From assembly GCA_963845755.1 (NCBI GenBank), contig CAWJTV010000042.1, positions 96,001 to 160,000 on the forward strand: a stretch of 64,000 nucleotides of DNA, given 5' to 3'. The notes beneath the pieces were generated by a model. The model was given only the letters and a program-made list of their open reading frames with translations. It did no database searches and was not told where the DNA came from. Of the stretch, positions 22,291 to 33,239 are shown in pieces (position 1 is the stretch's first letter; each line of letters begins with the position of its first letter). Made by a program: the position numbers and the translations under genes. This DNA is from an uncultured Planctomycetota bacterium. Its GTDB lineage: Bacteria; Planctomycetota; Planctomycetia; Isosphaerales; Isosphaeraceae.

Positions 22291-22567
22291 GGTGAATTAA
22301 GGCCAATTCCCAGTCTCTCGCGACCGAATCGCAACCACGATTCTCGATCAGTTCGGCCATGGGTTCGTCCCAACGTCCTGCGATGACCGATCGGATCGAG
22401 ACAATTGAGTATCACGGAACCGTTTGCGGTGTTCCAGCGAGTCGCTAAAGTGGAAGTCGTTCGCGATGTCACGTTGGGTCGTCCTGGTTATACTGGAGAT
22501 GCAAGGCCGAGGAATTGGGACCACGAGGATTCCCGGTCATCTCCTGGCCCGCATCAGGAACGGACCC

Positions 22568-22801
22568 ATGCCGATGATTTCGATCGATGAAGCACAGTCC
22601 AGCCTCGCCAGGCTGATCCATGGCCTGTCACCCGGCGAGGAGATCGTCATCACGGAGAACGATCGGCCCGTGGCCACGCTCACCGCGGTGAGTCCGCAGG
22701 GACGGTCGCCTCGGCCACCAGGGTTCCTCCGTGGTTCGGTGCTTTACATGGCCCCCGATTTCGACGCCCCACTCGATGATTTTCGGGAGTACATGGAATG
22801 A
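22568..22801 (+). CDS. Phd/YefM-like antitoxin
   Basis: ISIDEAQSSLARLI...GEEIVIT...PVATL...DFDAPLDDFREYM. Confidence 0.88.
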   Translation: MPMISIDEAQSSLARLIHGLSPGEEIVITENDRPVATLTAVSPQGRSPRPPGFLRGSVLYMAPDFDAPLDDFREYME

Positions 22802-23184
22802 AGCTCCTGATCGATGCCCATGCTCTGATCTGGTACGTCGATCAGGATCACTTGCTCAGCCCAACCGCCCGTGCCGCAATGACAGATCCATCGAGCGATC
22901 GACTCGTCGGTGCAGGCACGATCTGGGAAATCGCCATCAAGGTTGGACTCAAGAAACTCAGCCTCTCTCAGCCGTATCGCCGGTGGATGGAACAGGCGAT
23001 GACGGGACTCATGTTGACGATTCTGCCGATCTCGGTCGAACATGCCGACGTTCAAGCCGGCCTTTCTCGTCACCACAACGATCCATTCGATCGCCTGCTG
23101 ATAGCTCAGGCCCTAGTCGAAACGATCCAGGTCGTCAGCGCTGATGCACAGCTCGATGCGTATGGGATCAACCGGTTGTGGTAA
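22798..23184 (+). CDS. vapC: PIN-domain VapC toxin
   Basis: LLIDAHALIW, WEIAIK, HHNDPFDRLLIAQA; 4-nt overlap with the antitoxin. Confidence 0.92.
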   Translation: MKLLIDAHALIWYVDQDHLLSPTARAAMTDPSSDRLVGAGTIWEIAIKVGLKKLSLSQPYRRWMEQAMTGLMLTILPISVEHADVQAGLSRHHNDPFDRLLIAQALVETIQVVSADAQLDAYGINRLW

Positions 23185-23227
23185 AACCTCCTACGACTGA
23201 CCAGAATATCGCAGGAGCCGGTGATTC

Positions 23228-24190
23228 ATGACGGCGTCCACCAGCAAGAACCGCACGCTTCGCATCGGCACCCGCGGCAGCCATCTCGCTCGCTGGCAGG
23301 CCGAGTGGGTCGCCGACCGGCTGCGGAGTTTACATCCAAGTCTGGACGTCGAACTGATCGAGATCAAAACGCAGGGGGACCGGGATCGTAACTCGCCGCT
23401 GGCCGCAATCGGTGGAATCGGACTGTTCACCAAGGAGATCCAGCGGGCCGTTCTGGAGGGGTTGGTCGACGTAGCCGTTCACAGCCTCAAGGACCTGCCG
23501 ACGCAGGGTCCGTCCGAGCTGGTCCTGGCCGCAGTGCCGACACGCGAGGATGTGGCCGATGCCCTGATCGCACCCGAGTGCAAGTCACTCGAGGCTTTGC
23601 CCGAGGGTGCACGGGTCGGCACCGGCTCGCCCCGGCGCCGGGCCCAGTTATTGTTCCGACGGCCCGACCTGGAGGTCGTGATGGTCCGGGGCAATGTCGA
23701 GACTCGTCTGAACCAGGCCCTCGATGGTCGGCTCGATGCGGTGGTCCTCGCCTGGGCGGGGCTGAGCCGGCTAGGGCTGGAAACGCACGTGACGCAACGG
23801 CTCGAACCGCCGGATTTCCTACCGGCGGTCGGGCAGGGGGCGCTGGGGATCGAGTGCCGGCGCGATGATACGGAAGTCCGGGTCGTATTGGAGTCGCTCG
23901 ACGACCCGGCCAGTCACCGCGCCGTGCGCGCCGAGCGCACCGCCCTGGCCGAGTTGGAAGGGGGCTGCATCATCCCGATGGGCGGCTGGGCAAGGGATAT
24001 CGAGGGCGCCCGAGGGGAGCCGGACTCGCCCGCGATGGCCATCGACGCCGCCGTGTTCGACCCCGACGGCCGCAATCGCCTCGCTGTGGTGCTGCACGGT
24101 CCGCGCGACCACCCCGACCGACTGGGTCAAGCCGCGGCCCAGGCGCTACGCGATCAAGGCGCCGAGTCGCTCTTGAGGAGAAGGTCGTAG
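23228..24190 (+). CDS. hemC: Hydroxymethylbilane synthase
   Basis: IGTRGSHLARWQA, GLFTKEI, VHSLKD, RGNVETR, LPAVGQGAL, LEGGC. Confidence 0.97.
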   Translation: MTASTSKNRTLRIGTRGSHLARWQAEWVADRLRSLHPSLDVELIEIKTQGDRDRNSPLAAIGGIGLFTKEIQRAVLEGLVDVAVHSLKDLPTQGPSELVLAAVPTREDVADALIAPECKSLEALPEGARVGTGSPRRRAQLLFRRPDLEVVMVRGNVETRLNQALDGRLDAVVLAWAGLSRLGLETHVTQRLEPPDFLPAVGQGALGIECRRDDTEVRVVLESLDDPASHRAVRAERTALAELEGGCIIPMGGWARDIEGARGEPDSPAMAIDAAVFDPDGRNRLAVVLHGPRDHPDRLGQAAAQALRDQGAESLLRRRS

Positions 24191-24224
24191 ATTCTCACGC
24201 GAGCACCGTTTCAGCGATCCTCGC

Positions 24225-24827
24225 TCATCGTGAGGGATCCAGCGGGACGTTCCAGTAGGCGTCGCTGAGGAACCGGGACCAGCTCGCGATCCGAATTCCG
24301 GTCGTGTCGTACAGGGGTTTCCAGGAGGGCCGCACCGGCACGCGACGGAGCTTCATCGCCGCCTGTTCGGGCGTCCGATTGGCCTTCTTGGCGTTGCAGG
24401 CGACGCACGCCAGCACGCAGTTCTCCCACGTCGTCTGGCCCCCTTGGGAGCGGGGGATCACGTGATCGATCGTCAGCTCCTCGGTACCCGGCTGACAGCT
24501 ACAATACTGGCAGGTGGAATGGTCGCGCTTGAACAGGTTTCGACGGCTGAAGGTGACAGTCTGGTGGCGCGCTTTATCGTGCCGGGTCAGGGCCAGTACC
24601 TCCGGCACGCGCAGATGGAACTGGACGGTCCGGATAAAAGGCTCCCCCTCGCGCGGAGCGAGTTTGGCCCAATCCGACCAGGTGTAGAGCTGAAAATCGT
24701 CCGGGTCGATCACGCATGCGGCCTGGTTCCAGAGCATGATCAACGCACGCTGCACCGGCGCGACGTGCACCGGCTGCCAGTGCCGGTTCAAGACGAGAGT
24801 CGGTCGTTGCAGCACACAGCCACTCAT
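24225..24827 (-). CDS. HNH endonuclease (McrA-like)
   Basis: TLVLNRHWQP, FSRRNLFKRD..CQYC, TIDHVIPRSQGG..WENCVLACVACNAKK. Confidence 0.92.
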   Translation of the reverse strand: MSGCVLQRPTLVLNRHWQPVHVAPVQRALIMLWNQAACVIDPDDFQLYTWSDWAKLAPREGEPFIRTVQFHLRVPEVLALTRHDKARHQTVTFSRRNLFKRDHSTCQYCSCQPGTEELTIDHVIPRSQGGQTTWENCVLACVACNAKKANRTPEQAAMKLRRVPVRPSWKPLYDTTGIRIASWSRFLSDAYWNVPLDPSR

Positions 24828-24846
24828 GGGTTGCAACCTCGCGGCT

Positions 24847-24940
24847 CGGTCGGGTAAGGGGCCCGTTACTCGCTCCCTGGCCTGGGAGGATCAGAGCTCG
24901 ATGGCACCCTATCCTACCCGATCGCAGAGGCATGGTGCCA
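24847..24940 (-). ncRNA. Candidate structured 5' leader/cis-regulatory RNA of the HNH gene
   Basis: Outer stem 24847-24858 / 24913-24924, inner CTCCC/GGGAG hairpin, competing TGGCACC/GGTGCCA stem. Confidence 0.35.
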
Positions 24941-25034
24941 GGTGGGACCTGAAGTTGTTAGATTGGGTCTCTCGAACGCGGCATGAGTGATCCTGCGGAG
25001 CGGATCGAATCATCCTTGAGGCTGGGGAGCGACG

Positions 25035-26285
25035 ATGCGGGCCGAAATCATCGCGATCGGCAGCGAGTTGATCAGCGGGCAGAGCCTGGACACTAACAGC
25101 CGATGGCTGAGCCAGCAACTCGGATCGCTGGGCATCACTGTGGCGTTCCATACGACGCTGGGCGACGACCTGGCCGACCATCTGGCGGCCTTCCGGGCCG
25201 CATTCGACCGCGCCGACCTGGTCGTTATGACGGGTGGACTCGGGCCGACCCAGGACGACCTGACGCGCGACGCCCTGGCCGAGTGCGCCGGTGAGCCGCT
25301 GGTCGAAGACCCGGCATCGCTGGCGGCGATCGAGTCGATGTTCGCGCGGCGCAATCGCGTAATGGCCGATCGGAATCGCGTCCAGGCCCTGTTCCCCCGG
25401 TCCGCCGAGCCGCTGGACAACCCGATCGGCACGGCGCCCGGCATCTGGATGCGCATCGGCCGGGCGACGATCGCCTGCCTGCCCGGCGTTCCTTCCGAGA
25501 TGAAGCGGATGTTCCAGGACCAGGTCGTGCCCAGACTGCGGCGATTGGGATGGGGCGGCCGGGTGATCCTCCATCGCAAGATCAACCTCTTCGGCAAGGG
25601 GGAATCCGAGATCGAGGCCCAGGCCATGGACCTGACCAACCGGGGACGCGTCCCGGAGGTGGGGATCACCGCATCCGACGCGACCATCAGCTTCCGAATC
25701 ACGGCCGAAGCCGCGACCGAGGACGAAGCCCGTCGCCTGATCGAGCCGACCGCGGGGCTGATCTATGAGCGATTCGGCGGCCTCATCGTGGGCGAGGACA
25801 GCGATGACGTCGCCGAGGCCGTGGCCGCCCGGCTCGCGCGCACCGGCTCGACGCTCGCCACGGCGGAGTCGTGCACCGGTGGTCTGATCGCCAAGATGCT
25901 CACGGCCATCCCAGGTGTCAGCGCGTCCTACCTCGGCGGGGTCGTCACCTACGCCAACTCGGCCAAGACCGATCTCCTGGGCGTGCCTGTCGAGATGCTC
26001 GAGGCGCACGGGGCCGTTAGCCCGGAGGTGGCCGCGGCCATGGCCGCGGGCGTGCGGACGCGCCTCGGCGCGTCGGTCGGGATCAGCACCACCGGCGTCG
26101 CCGGGCCGGCCGGCGGCACGCCCGAAAAGCCCGTGGGACTGGTCTACCTCGGCCTGTCCACTGCGAAGGGGACTCAGACGCGCCGGCTGGACATGGGGCC
26201 CGAGCGACCCCGCGACTTCATCCAACTCCTGGCGTCCAAGGCCGCCCTCAACTGGGCGAGATTGACCCTCCTGGGTGAGGGTTGA
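25035..26285 (+). CDS. cinA: Competence/damage-inducible protein CinA (with PncC domain)
   Basis: IAIGSELISG..LDTNS, GGLGPTQDDLT, GTAPG, LPGVPSEM, TAESCTGG, GAVS, TGVAGP. Confidence 0.96.
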   Translation: MRAEIIAIGSELISGQSLDTNSRWLSQQLGSLGITVAFHTTLGDDLADHLAAFRAAFDRADLVVMTGGLGPTQDDLTRDALAECAGEPLVEDPASLAAIESMFARRNRVMADRNRVQALFPRSAEPLDNPIGTAPGIWMRIGRATIACLPGVPSEMKRMFQDQVVPRLRRLGWGGRVILHRKINLFGKGESEIEAQAMDLTNRGRVPEVGITASDATISFRITAEAATEDEARRLIEPTAGLIYERFGGLIVGEDSDDVAEAVAARLARTGSTLATAESCTGGLIAKMLTAIPGVSASYLGGVVTYANSAKTDLLGVPVEMLEAHGAVSPEVAAAMAAGVRTRLGASVGISTTGVAGPAGGTPEKPVGLVYLGLSTAKGTQTRRLDMGPERPRDFIQLLASKAALNWARLTLLGEG

Positions 26286-26295
26286 TCCGCGTCGA

Positions 26296-26700
26296 TCAAT
26301 TCAGCGACGGCGTCCCCTGCCTGCGGAGCGATTGGCACGAGAAGCGGGCCATCTTCGTCTCATCGGACGGGAAACGGTCCGACACAGCGACCAATCCCAC
26401 CTGGACGTCCTCGAAGAAGAAGACGCCCCCGACCCGGCCAGCGACGTTGACGGCGCCATGAATGAACCGCTGGTCCGCCAGCCGCACCAGTTGCAACGTG
26501 CAGACGATGCCGTCCTGGGGAAACATCTGAAAACCACTACGGGCAACGACCGACTCAATGAACGCGTGACTGATCGGGACTCCCAGCTTCATGAACTCCA
26601 GATCATTTCCAAAATGTTCCAGGAAGAATCCCCAGACCGGAAGCAGATCCTTGTCGTGAATGAGCTTCGTCTTCAACTCCTGCAAGCGCGAAAGATCCAT
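26296..26700 (-). CDS. Hypothetical protein
   Basis: 134 aa with RBS (ggga) and protein-like composition; no family recognised. Confidence 0.7.
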   Translation of the reverse strand: MDLSRLQELKTKLIHDKDLLPVWGFFLEHFGNDLEFMKLGVPISHAFIESVVARSGFQMFPQDGIVCTLQLVRLADQRFIHGAVNVAGRVGGVFFFEDVQVGLVAVSDRFPSDETKMARFSCQSLRRQGTPSLN

Positions 26701-26758
26701 GAATCACCGTCCCTGGGAGGAAAAACGCGTTCGGGTCGAAGCGACGATCTCGAAGACA

Positions 26759-27553
26759 CTACCTTACACCTTCCTGGACGATCTGTTGATCGCGCACCTC
26801 CCATCCTCGCCAGATCTTCGCCGCCTGGGAGTGATGATGACGCAGCCAGATCGTGGCCTCGTCCAAGCGGCTCTCCCACTCTCGGGTCGCAGGGATCGCG
26901 CCGAGCAACCGCGTGGCCAACTCGCTGCGGGCGTCGGCGGCATGAGCGGCTTCTTCCATCTCGGCGATCATCGCCGGGTCGGAGCCGGACCGTGGCAACA
27001 ACGCCAGAGTATAAGTCGCCCAGAGACGGATCATCGGGTCCGAATGCTGCCTCAGCTCCTCGATCGGCTCGCGTGGGATATCGTACCCTCGTCCCGCGGC
27101 GTATCCCAACCGCCGCGACAGGATGAGCCGTATCCAGTCGGGCCAGCCCGGACTGCGCGCAACGAGCATCGTGAAGCTCCGAGGGTCCCGGGCGACCAAC
27201 TCCGTTGACACCGATTCGGCCAGCAGGTACCGGGCCAGGTCGGGCAGGTCTCTCCGTAGGGTCAGCGCCATCTTCTGCGTGTCGTCCAAACGCGGATTCC
27301 CGCTGAGCCGGAACGCCGCCTGGACCCGCTCTTCCTCAGGACGAGTCGTGCTGGACAGTGTGTACACGTCCGCCCAGATATCCCGGTTAGTCCAAACGCC
27401 GTAACCGAACCAGCCGATCCATGCGATCAGGAACACCAGCCCGGAGATCCCGAGATAGAAGAGTCCGCCGTATTTCTCCCGCTGACTGCGTACTGGGGCC
27501 GAGGTGGAAACGACGGCGCTGGCGTTGAGGATGGGCAGCTCCGGAAACTGCAC
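26759..27553 (-). CDS. Membrane-anchored hypothetical protein with helical (HEAT-like) region; start uncertain
   Basis: One TM segment (YGGLFYLGISGLVFLIAWIGWFGY) followed by helical repeats such as DPMIRLWATYTLA. Confidence 0.6.
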   Translation of the reverse strand: MQFPELPILNASAVVSTSAPVRSQREKYGGLFYLGISGLVFLIAWIGWFGYGVWTNRDIWADVYTLSSTTRPEEERVQAAFRLSGNPRLDDTQKMALTLRRDLPDLARYLLAESVSTELVARDPRSFTMLVARSPGWPDWIRLILSRRLGYAAGRGYDIPREPIEELRQHSDPMIRLWATYTLALLPRSGSDPAMIAEMEEAAHAADARSELATRLLGAIPATREWESRLDEATIWLRHHHSQAAKIWRGWEVRDQQIVQEGVR

Positions 27554-28021
27554 CGGACGTCTTCCAGAGCCGTTCGACGACGGGACCTCGCGATTGTCGT
27601 TCAAGGATCGATCCTTCAATGCCCAGGATTCTCGGTAGTCGGTGAGGAACTGCCATTCCGGATTGGTCACGCGCCTGGCCGACCGATAGGTATGATAATG
27701 CATGGCCATATCGAAAAGGTAGAGCAAGACGAACCTGGGCCGCTAGCCTGCGATGTCTCGGTGAGACCGCCGATCGGGATCCAGCCGCGTTTCGCTGTTC
27801 CTGTGTGCGCGACCGGGTCGCGATGGCACCTGAGCATTGGTGTTACCATACCGGCTCTTCGACCCAGGTTCCTCCAAATCCTCGCGGATCTGCGCAGAGA
27901 TTCGGGGCCAAAGAAAAAAAGGTTCTTCGCAGAATCGTGGAGACTCCTCGTGTCTTGCTTCAGCCGGAAATGGAGAAACGCCACGTCCGAGTTAAGGTAG
28001 AACTCGGAAGGAGTTTCTCCC

Positions 28022-28330
28022 ATGCGGAAGCGCCGAAGGAACTATACGCTTGTCGAGAAGGTCGCCATCTTGAGGCGTCATCTGATCGACCACATCCCCG
28101 TCTCGGACCTCTGCGATGAGCACCAGCTCTCGCCCACCGTGTTCTACCTCTGGCAGAAGCCGTTCTTCGAGAACGGCCCGGCGGCCTTCGAGCGGAAGAA
28201 CGCCACGCCTGACGGCCACCTCCAGCAGACCATCGCCGCGCTGCGCGACAAGCTCCAACGCAAGAACGAGGTCGTCGCGGAATTGATGGCGGAACATATC
28301 AAACTAAAAAAAGAGCTTGGGGAGCTCTGA
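28022..28330 (+). CDS. IS3 OrfA (HTH)
   Basis: EKVAILRRHL..VSDLCDEH..PTVFYLWQK; A7G slippery site at 28306-28313 with orfB in the -1 frame. Confidence 0.9.
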   Translation: MRKRRRNYTLVEKVAILRRHLIDHIPVSDLCDEHQLSPTVFYLWQKPFFENGPAAFERKNATPDGHLQQTIAALRDKLQRKNEVVAELMAEHIKLKKELGEL

Positions 28331-29100
28331 ACGGAGTCTGGGCTCCCCACGATACCCGCGACTCCATCATCGACTTCGTCCGGCACTGGTCCGATCGCAC
28401 CGAGATCCCCCTGCAACGCTTCATCGGCTGGCTCGGCATTGCCGCCAGCAAGTTCCACGACTGGAGGACGCGCTACGGATTGGCCAACGAGCACAACGCC
28501 CTGGTCCCTCGCGACTGGTGGCTCGAACCGTGGGAGAAGGCGGCCATCCTCGAGTTCCACCGGCTCCACCCTCTGGAGGGCTACAGGCGGCTCGCCTTCA
28601 TGATGCTCGATGCCGATGTGGTCGCGGCCAGCCCCTCGAGCGTCTACCGCGTCCTGCGTCAGGCCGGAGCGATCAAGCCGCGCGACCACAAGCCCTCGCT
28701 CAAGGGGAAAGGCTTTCAACAACCCCTGCGCGCCCACGAGCACTGGCACGTCGATGTCACCTCCATCAACGTCGCCGGCACGTTCTTCTACCTCTGTAGC
28801 CTCCTCGACGGCTACAGCCGGTTCCTCGTCCACTGGGAGATCCGCGATAGCATGACCGAGGCCGACGTCGAGACGATCATCCAGCGGGCCCGCGGCGCTT
28901 CCCCGACGAGCGGCCCCGCATCATCTCGGACAACGGACCTCAGTTCATCGCCAAGGATTTCAAGGAGTTCATCCGGATTTGCGGAATGACTCACGTGAGA
29001 ACATCACCATGCTATCCACAGAGCAACGGCAAGATGGAACGGTGGTACAAGACCCTCAAGGGGGAGTGCATCCGGGTCAAGACACTGTTATCTCTGGCCG
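28327..29100 (+). pseudogene. IS3 OrfB DDE integrase; frameshifted near 28895 and C-terminally truncated
   Basis: HWHVDVT, LLDGYSR, ISDNGPQF, YPQSNGKMERW; the usual YN..R.HS tail is absent. Confidence 0.85.
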
Positions 29101-29164
29101 ATCCAGTGTACACTCTACCTTATCTCCTGACCCTGGTTTCTCCATTTCACGCTGAACCATCACA

Positions 29165-32100
29165 ACCCCGCCGCGAACGAGCCCCGCGGAGGCATTCCAG
29201 CGCGACATTCCGGTCGTGTCGGGCTGCAGATCCTGACCGGCTCCCTTGCCGATTCCGGGGTCGATCCGGAGCGGGGGAAGAGAGGGCGCGCCGGGATCGG
29301 CCGGATCCTCGTCCGGATACGCCGGCGCATCCCAGTCGAGGCCCGCCCCGGCAAGGTGGCGGCGGATCGCCCGCAGGTCCCAGACGTGCACGGCCGGGCC
29401 GTCCCTGGTGCTCACCACCAGCCGCGATCCGTCGGGGCTGAACGTCGCCGCCCACGCCTCACACAGGTCGGGGCTCATCAGCCGCGCGAGAGTGCGGCCC
29501 GTCTCGGCCTCGACCAGGCGCAGAACCTTATCCGGGTGCGCGACCGCCAGTAGGCGACCGTCGGGAGCGGAGCAGAGGATCTTGCCGCTCCCCGCCGGGA
29601 CCACGATCCGGCTCGATCGGTCCTCGGCGATCCGCCCGGATCCCCCGGGAGACTCCAGATGGCCGGGCGGCCCGATCCGGAACTCGCGCCGGTCGGGAGC
29701 GAGCCGCAGCGGCCACCGCCTCACTCCGGTCGCGCCGGCGACCAGCAGGTCGCCCGACGCCTCGAACCGCGCGCCCTCGACCGGGCCGATCGCCAGGAAG
29801 GCGAGCTCCTTGCCGCCGGCCAGGTCCCAGAACGCCACGCCTCGGCTCGTCCCCAGGGCCAGCACCCGACCGTCGGGCCGGATGCTCACGGCCCCGTAAT
29901 CGATCGGCTCGCGGCTCGCGTGGACGAACGTCCGGTATTCGAGCCCCGGCTCAACCTCGTAGGTCGTCAGCCGGTCCCCGGTGGCGACGACCATCCGCCC
30001 GTCCTGGCCGAAGATCGGGGGGCGGCTGGCGCCGGTCAGGTTGAACCAGGGCCGGCCCAGCACCGGGTCCCAGAGCCAGGTCCGGCCTTCCCAGCCGCTG
30101 CTGCCCAGCAGCGTGCCGGCGGGGTGGAACGCCGAGCACAGCCCGCCGCCGATATGCCCGTCGAGGACCGCCCTCCGGGTGCCTGTCTCGGCGTCCCAGA
30201 CGTGGATCCTGCGGTTCGTGCAGGGGGTCGACAGCATCGAGCCGTCGGGGCTCCAGGCGACCCCCTCCGCGCTCGCCGGCAGCGGGATCGACCGGACGAG
30301 CCGGCCGGTCCCCGTCTCGAGGATTTTGCAGGCGGGTCGATCCGCGTTCGACAGGATCGCGATCCGGGTCGAGTCGAAGCGGAACGTCAGGGTCCCGGGG
30401 CTGGAGACGCGCCCGCTCGCGTCAGCCCGGCCGGTCGCCAGGTCGTAGACTATCAGGTCGCCGCCGGCCCGGGCCAGGGCGATGAGACGGCCGTCTGGGC
30501 TGAACCGGACCCGATCCCGGACCGGGCCCGGGTCGCTCGCGACGAGCACACGCCGATCGACATCCCAGACCGACAGGGCCTCGCCGGAGAACTGCGCGGC
30601 CGCCAGATATCGGCCGTCGTGGCTGAAGGCGAACACGCAGAAGCCGGCCCCGCCCGGGGTGTGGAATCGGGCAATCTCCTCGTCGTCGGCGACGCGACGC
30701 ACGGGAATCCTGCCGTCCCGGAACCCGAGCGCATAACGCGTCATGGTGGGGTCGAATGCGAACGCGACGGCCCCTGCCGGCCGGCGGACGACCCGACCGC
30801 CGGGCTCCGGCCTGACGTCGGGCAGGGCCAGGCAGGCGATCGCCTCATCGCGAATCGGATCGAGCCGCTTGCGGGCCAAGCCCAACTCGCGGGCGATCTC
30901 CGCCGCCCGCCACAAGGCCGCCAGGCCCTCGAACCGCTGGCCGGCCTGCCGGCTCAGTCGCATGACCCGCGCCCGATCCGTGAGCGACTCGACGAGCTCC
31001 TCGCGGCGGCCGTCGATCCGCGCGTCGCTGCTCGCGCGCCTCGGAGAGGCGCATCAGCGCCAGGTCGTAGGCGATCTGGTCGCGCTGCTCGCGGAACTTC
31101 CAGGCCATCGCGGTCAACGCGATGGCCAGGGCGACCGCGGACGCCGCGGCGGTGACCAGCGCCGCCACCAGGAGCGGATTGCGGCGGCACCATCGCCAAC
31201 CCTGTTCGATCGTCGTGCTCCGTCGCGCCAGGATCGGGCGGTCGTCGAGGAACCGCTCGAGGTCCTCGGCCATCGCCAGGGCCGTGGCGTAGCGGTCGCC
31301 CGGCTCCTTGGCGATCGCCTTCAGGACGATCGTCTCGAGGTCGCGGGGAATCCGCGCATCGATCCGCCGCGGGGCCTCGGGCGGATCGTGGAGCACTCGC
31401 TCGATCAGCTCGGCCTGCGCCGAGGGCCCGAACAGCGGGCGCAGGGTCAAGAGCTCGTAGAGCGTCGCCCCCAGGCTGTAGACGTCGCTGCGGCGGTCGG
31501 ACCAGCCGTCGAACCGCTCGGGCGCCATGTAGCGGATCGTGCCGACGATGTCGCCGGTGCGCGTCGGGCCGTCCGAGCCCTCGACCTTGGCCAGCCCGAA
31601 GTCAGTCACCCAGACCTTGCCCGCCACGTCGAGCAGGAGGTTGGACGGCTTGATATCGCGGTGCAGCACGCCCTGCTGATGGGCGTAGGCCAGGGCATCG
31701 GCGACCTGGAACCCGATCCGGGCCACCGAGCGAAAGTAGGGCCCCTTGGCGGCCAGGGTGAGGGTCGCGGTCTGGATGGCGACGGGCGCCGCGACCGCCC
31801 GCGCCGGCTCGCAGGGGTCGGGCCGGACGGGGCCGTACGGCGCGCCGGGGGTGGGACGAGCATCCGTCACGTTGCCCGCGACGGTCAGCGACAGGAGCGA
31901 ACCGGTCGCGAGCGAGTGGGCCAGCGTCATCGACTCGGAGGGGCCGGCCATGAGGGAGGACAGCCCCTCGTCCCCGGGCGAGCCGCCCGGGCGCTGGGCC
32001 AGGCCGCGGAGCTTCCTCAGGTCGTCGAGGATGGCGTCGAGGCCGTGCCCCTGGATGAACTGCATGGCGTAGTAGTGCACCCCCTGGTGCTCGCCCACGC

Positions 32101-32551
32101 CGTGGACCGGCACGATGTTGCCGTGGTGCAGCCGCGCCACCGAGCGCGCCTCGAGCTGGAACCGCTCGATGTGGGTCGCGCCGAGCCGCCCCGAGAGCGG
32201 GAGGATCTTGAGCGCGACGTGGCGGCCGAGCGACTCCTGCACGGCCTCGTAGACGACGCCCATCCCGCCCCGGGCGACCTCGCGGAGGATCCGGAAATCG
32301 CCGAGCCGGTCGGACGCGGGGCTCGCGGACGGCCCGTCGCCGACGGCCCGCCCGTCGCCGGCCGGCTTGACCTGCTCCATCACGACGAGTGCGGGGAAGA
32401 GGTTGACGATGGCCTCGGCGAGCTCGGGATGCCGGCGGGTGTACTCGGACAGCGGCGGCCGTTCGCCCCGGCGCTGCCGCTCGACGAACTCCTCCGCCAG
32501 CACCTCGAGAGGATTGCGGTCGGCGCCGGAGATGGGTTCGTCGCGGGACAT
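29165..32551 (-). CDS. Ser/Thr protein kinase with TM segment and WD40 repeats (kinase 1); frameshifts near 31000, 3' end abuts IS3
   Basis: ARGGMGVVYEA, VALK, HRDIKPSN, DFGLAK, GTIRYMAPE, then TM and WSPDG/FSPDG repeats in ORF 29077-30963. Confidence 0.9.
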
Positions 32552-32589
32552 CGCTCAGAACCTCCGCATTGCGGGGATGGCCGTCGCGG

Positions 32590-33237
32590 TCAGGGCTCCA
32601 GGAAACCCGGGATGCCCGCCAGGGCGTCCTTGAGCCGCTTCAGCGCCCGGATGTAGCGGTTGCTGGCCGCGGTCTTGCTGATCCCCAGGACCTCGGCCGT
32701 TTCGTTGTTGTTCAACTCTTCGAAGTGGCGGAGCGTCAGGATCTCGCGATCGATCGGCTCCATGGCGTTCAGCGCATCCTGCACGCGAAGTTGGAGCTCG
32801 GCCCGGAGGGCCGCCTGCGTGGGCGACGTGAGCCGGCCCAGGAGCATCGCGGCCAGCGAGACGGACGTCGCCCGGGGCAGCGCCCCATGCCGGAGCGAGA
32901 TCTCCAGCCCGGCGTCCCGGGCCTTGCTGCCGAGGTGCCGGCGGTGCAGGGTCACCAGCCGCTGCCCGGTGATCCAGCGCAGCCAGAGGAACACCGGCAT
33001 CGCCGGATGCGCGAGGTACTCTCGCGCCCGGCGGACGACGTCGATCGAGGCCTCCTGCAACACATCCGACGGATCGAGCCGCCCCCGCAGCCGCCGGTCG
33101 AGCCGGAGGTCCACCATCCGCCGGAGCCGATCGCGATGGCGCGCGAACAGTTCCAGGAGCGCGGACTCGTCCCCGCCCTCGATCCGCCGGCGCAGCTCGA
33201 TCGATTCATCGGATTCGGCGATCATGATCGACCCCAT
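32590..33237 (-). CDS. Planctomycete-type ECF sigma factor (ECF1)
   Basis: RLRGRLDPSDVLQEA, LWLR, TSPTQAA, DREILTLRHFEELNNNETA..RYIRALKRL; alternative start at 33225. Confidence 0.93.
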   Translation of the reverse strand: MGSIMIAESDESIELRRRIEGGDESALLELFARHRDRLRRMVDLRLDRRLRGRLDPSDVLQEASIDVVRRAREYLAHPAMPVFLWLRWITGQRLVTLHRRHLGSKARDAGLEISLRHGALPRATSVSLAAMLLGRLTSPTQAALRAELQLRVQDALNAMEPIDREILTLRHFEELNNNETAEVLGISKTAASNRYIRALKRLKDALAGIPGFLEP

Positions 33238-33239
33238 AC

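Larger units (their letters stand above)
27951..29164 (+). mobile_element. IS3-family insertion sequence, degenerate
   Basis: Imperfect TIRs TGTCTTGCTTCAGCCGGAAATGGAGAAAC / GTTTCTCCATTTCACGCTGAACCATCACA (TG...CA); orfA/orfB layout; no target duplication seen. Confidence 0.92.

Noticed and set aside
24225..24827. IscB/Cas9-like RNA-guided nuclease
   Set aside because: About 200 aa with HNH only; no RuvC motifs or PLMP N-terminus.
24920..24942. Sigma-54 promoter for the HNH gene (TGGCACC on - strand)
   Set aside because: No TTGC at the required spacing.
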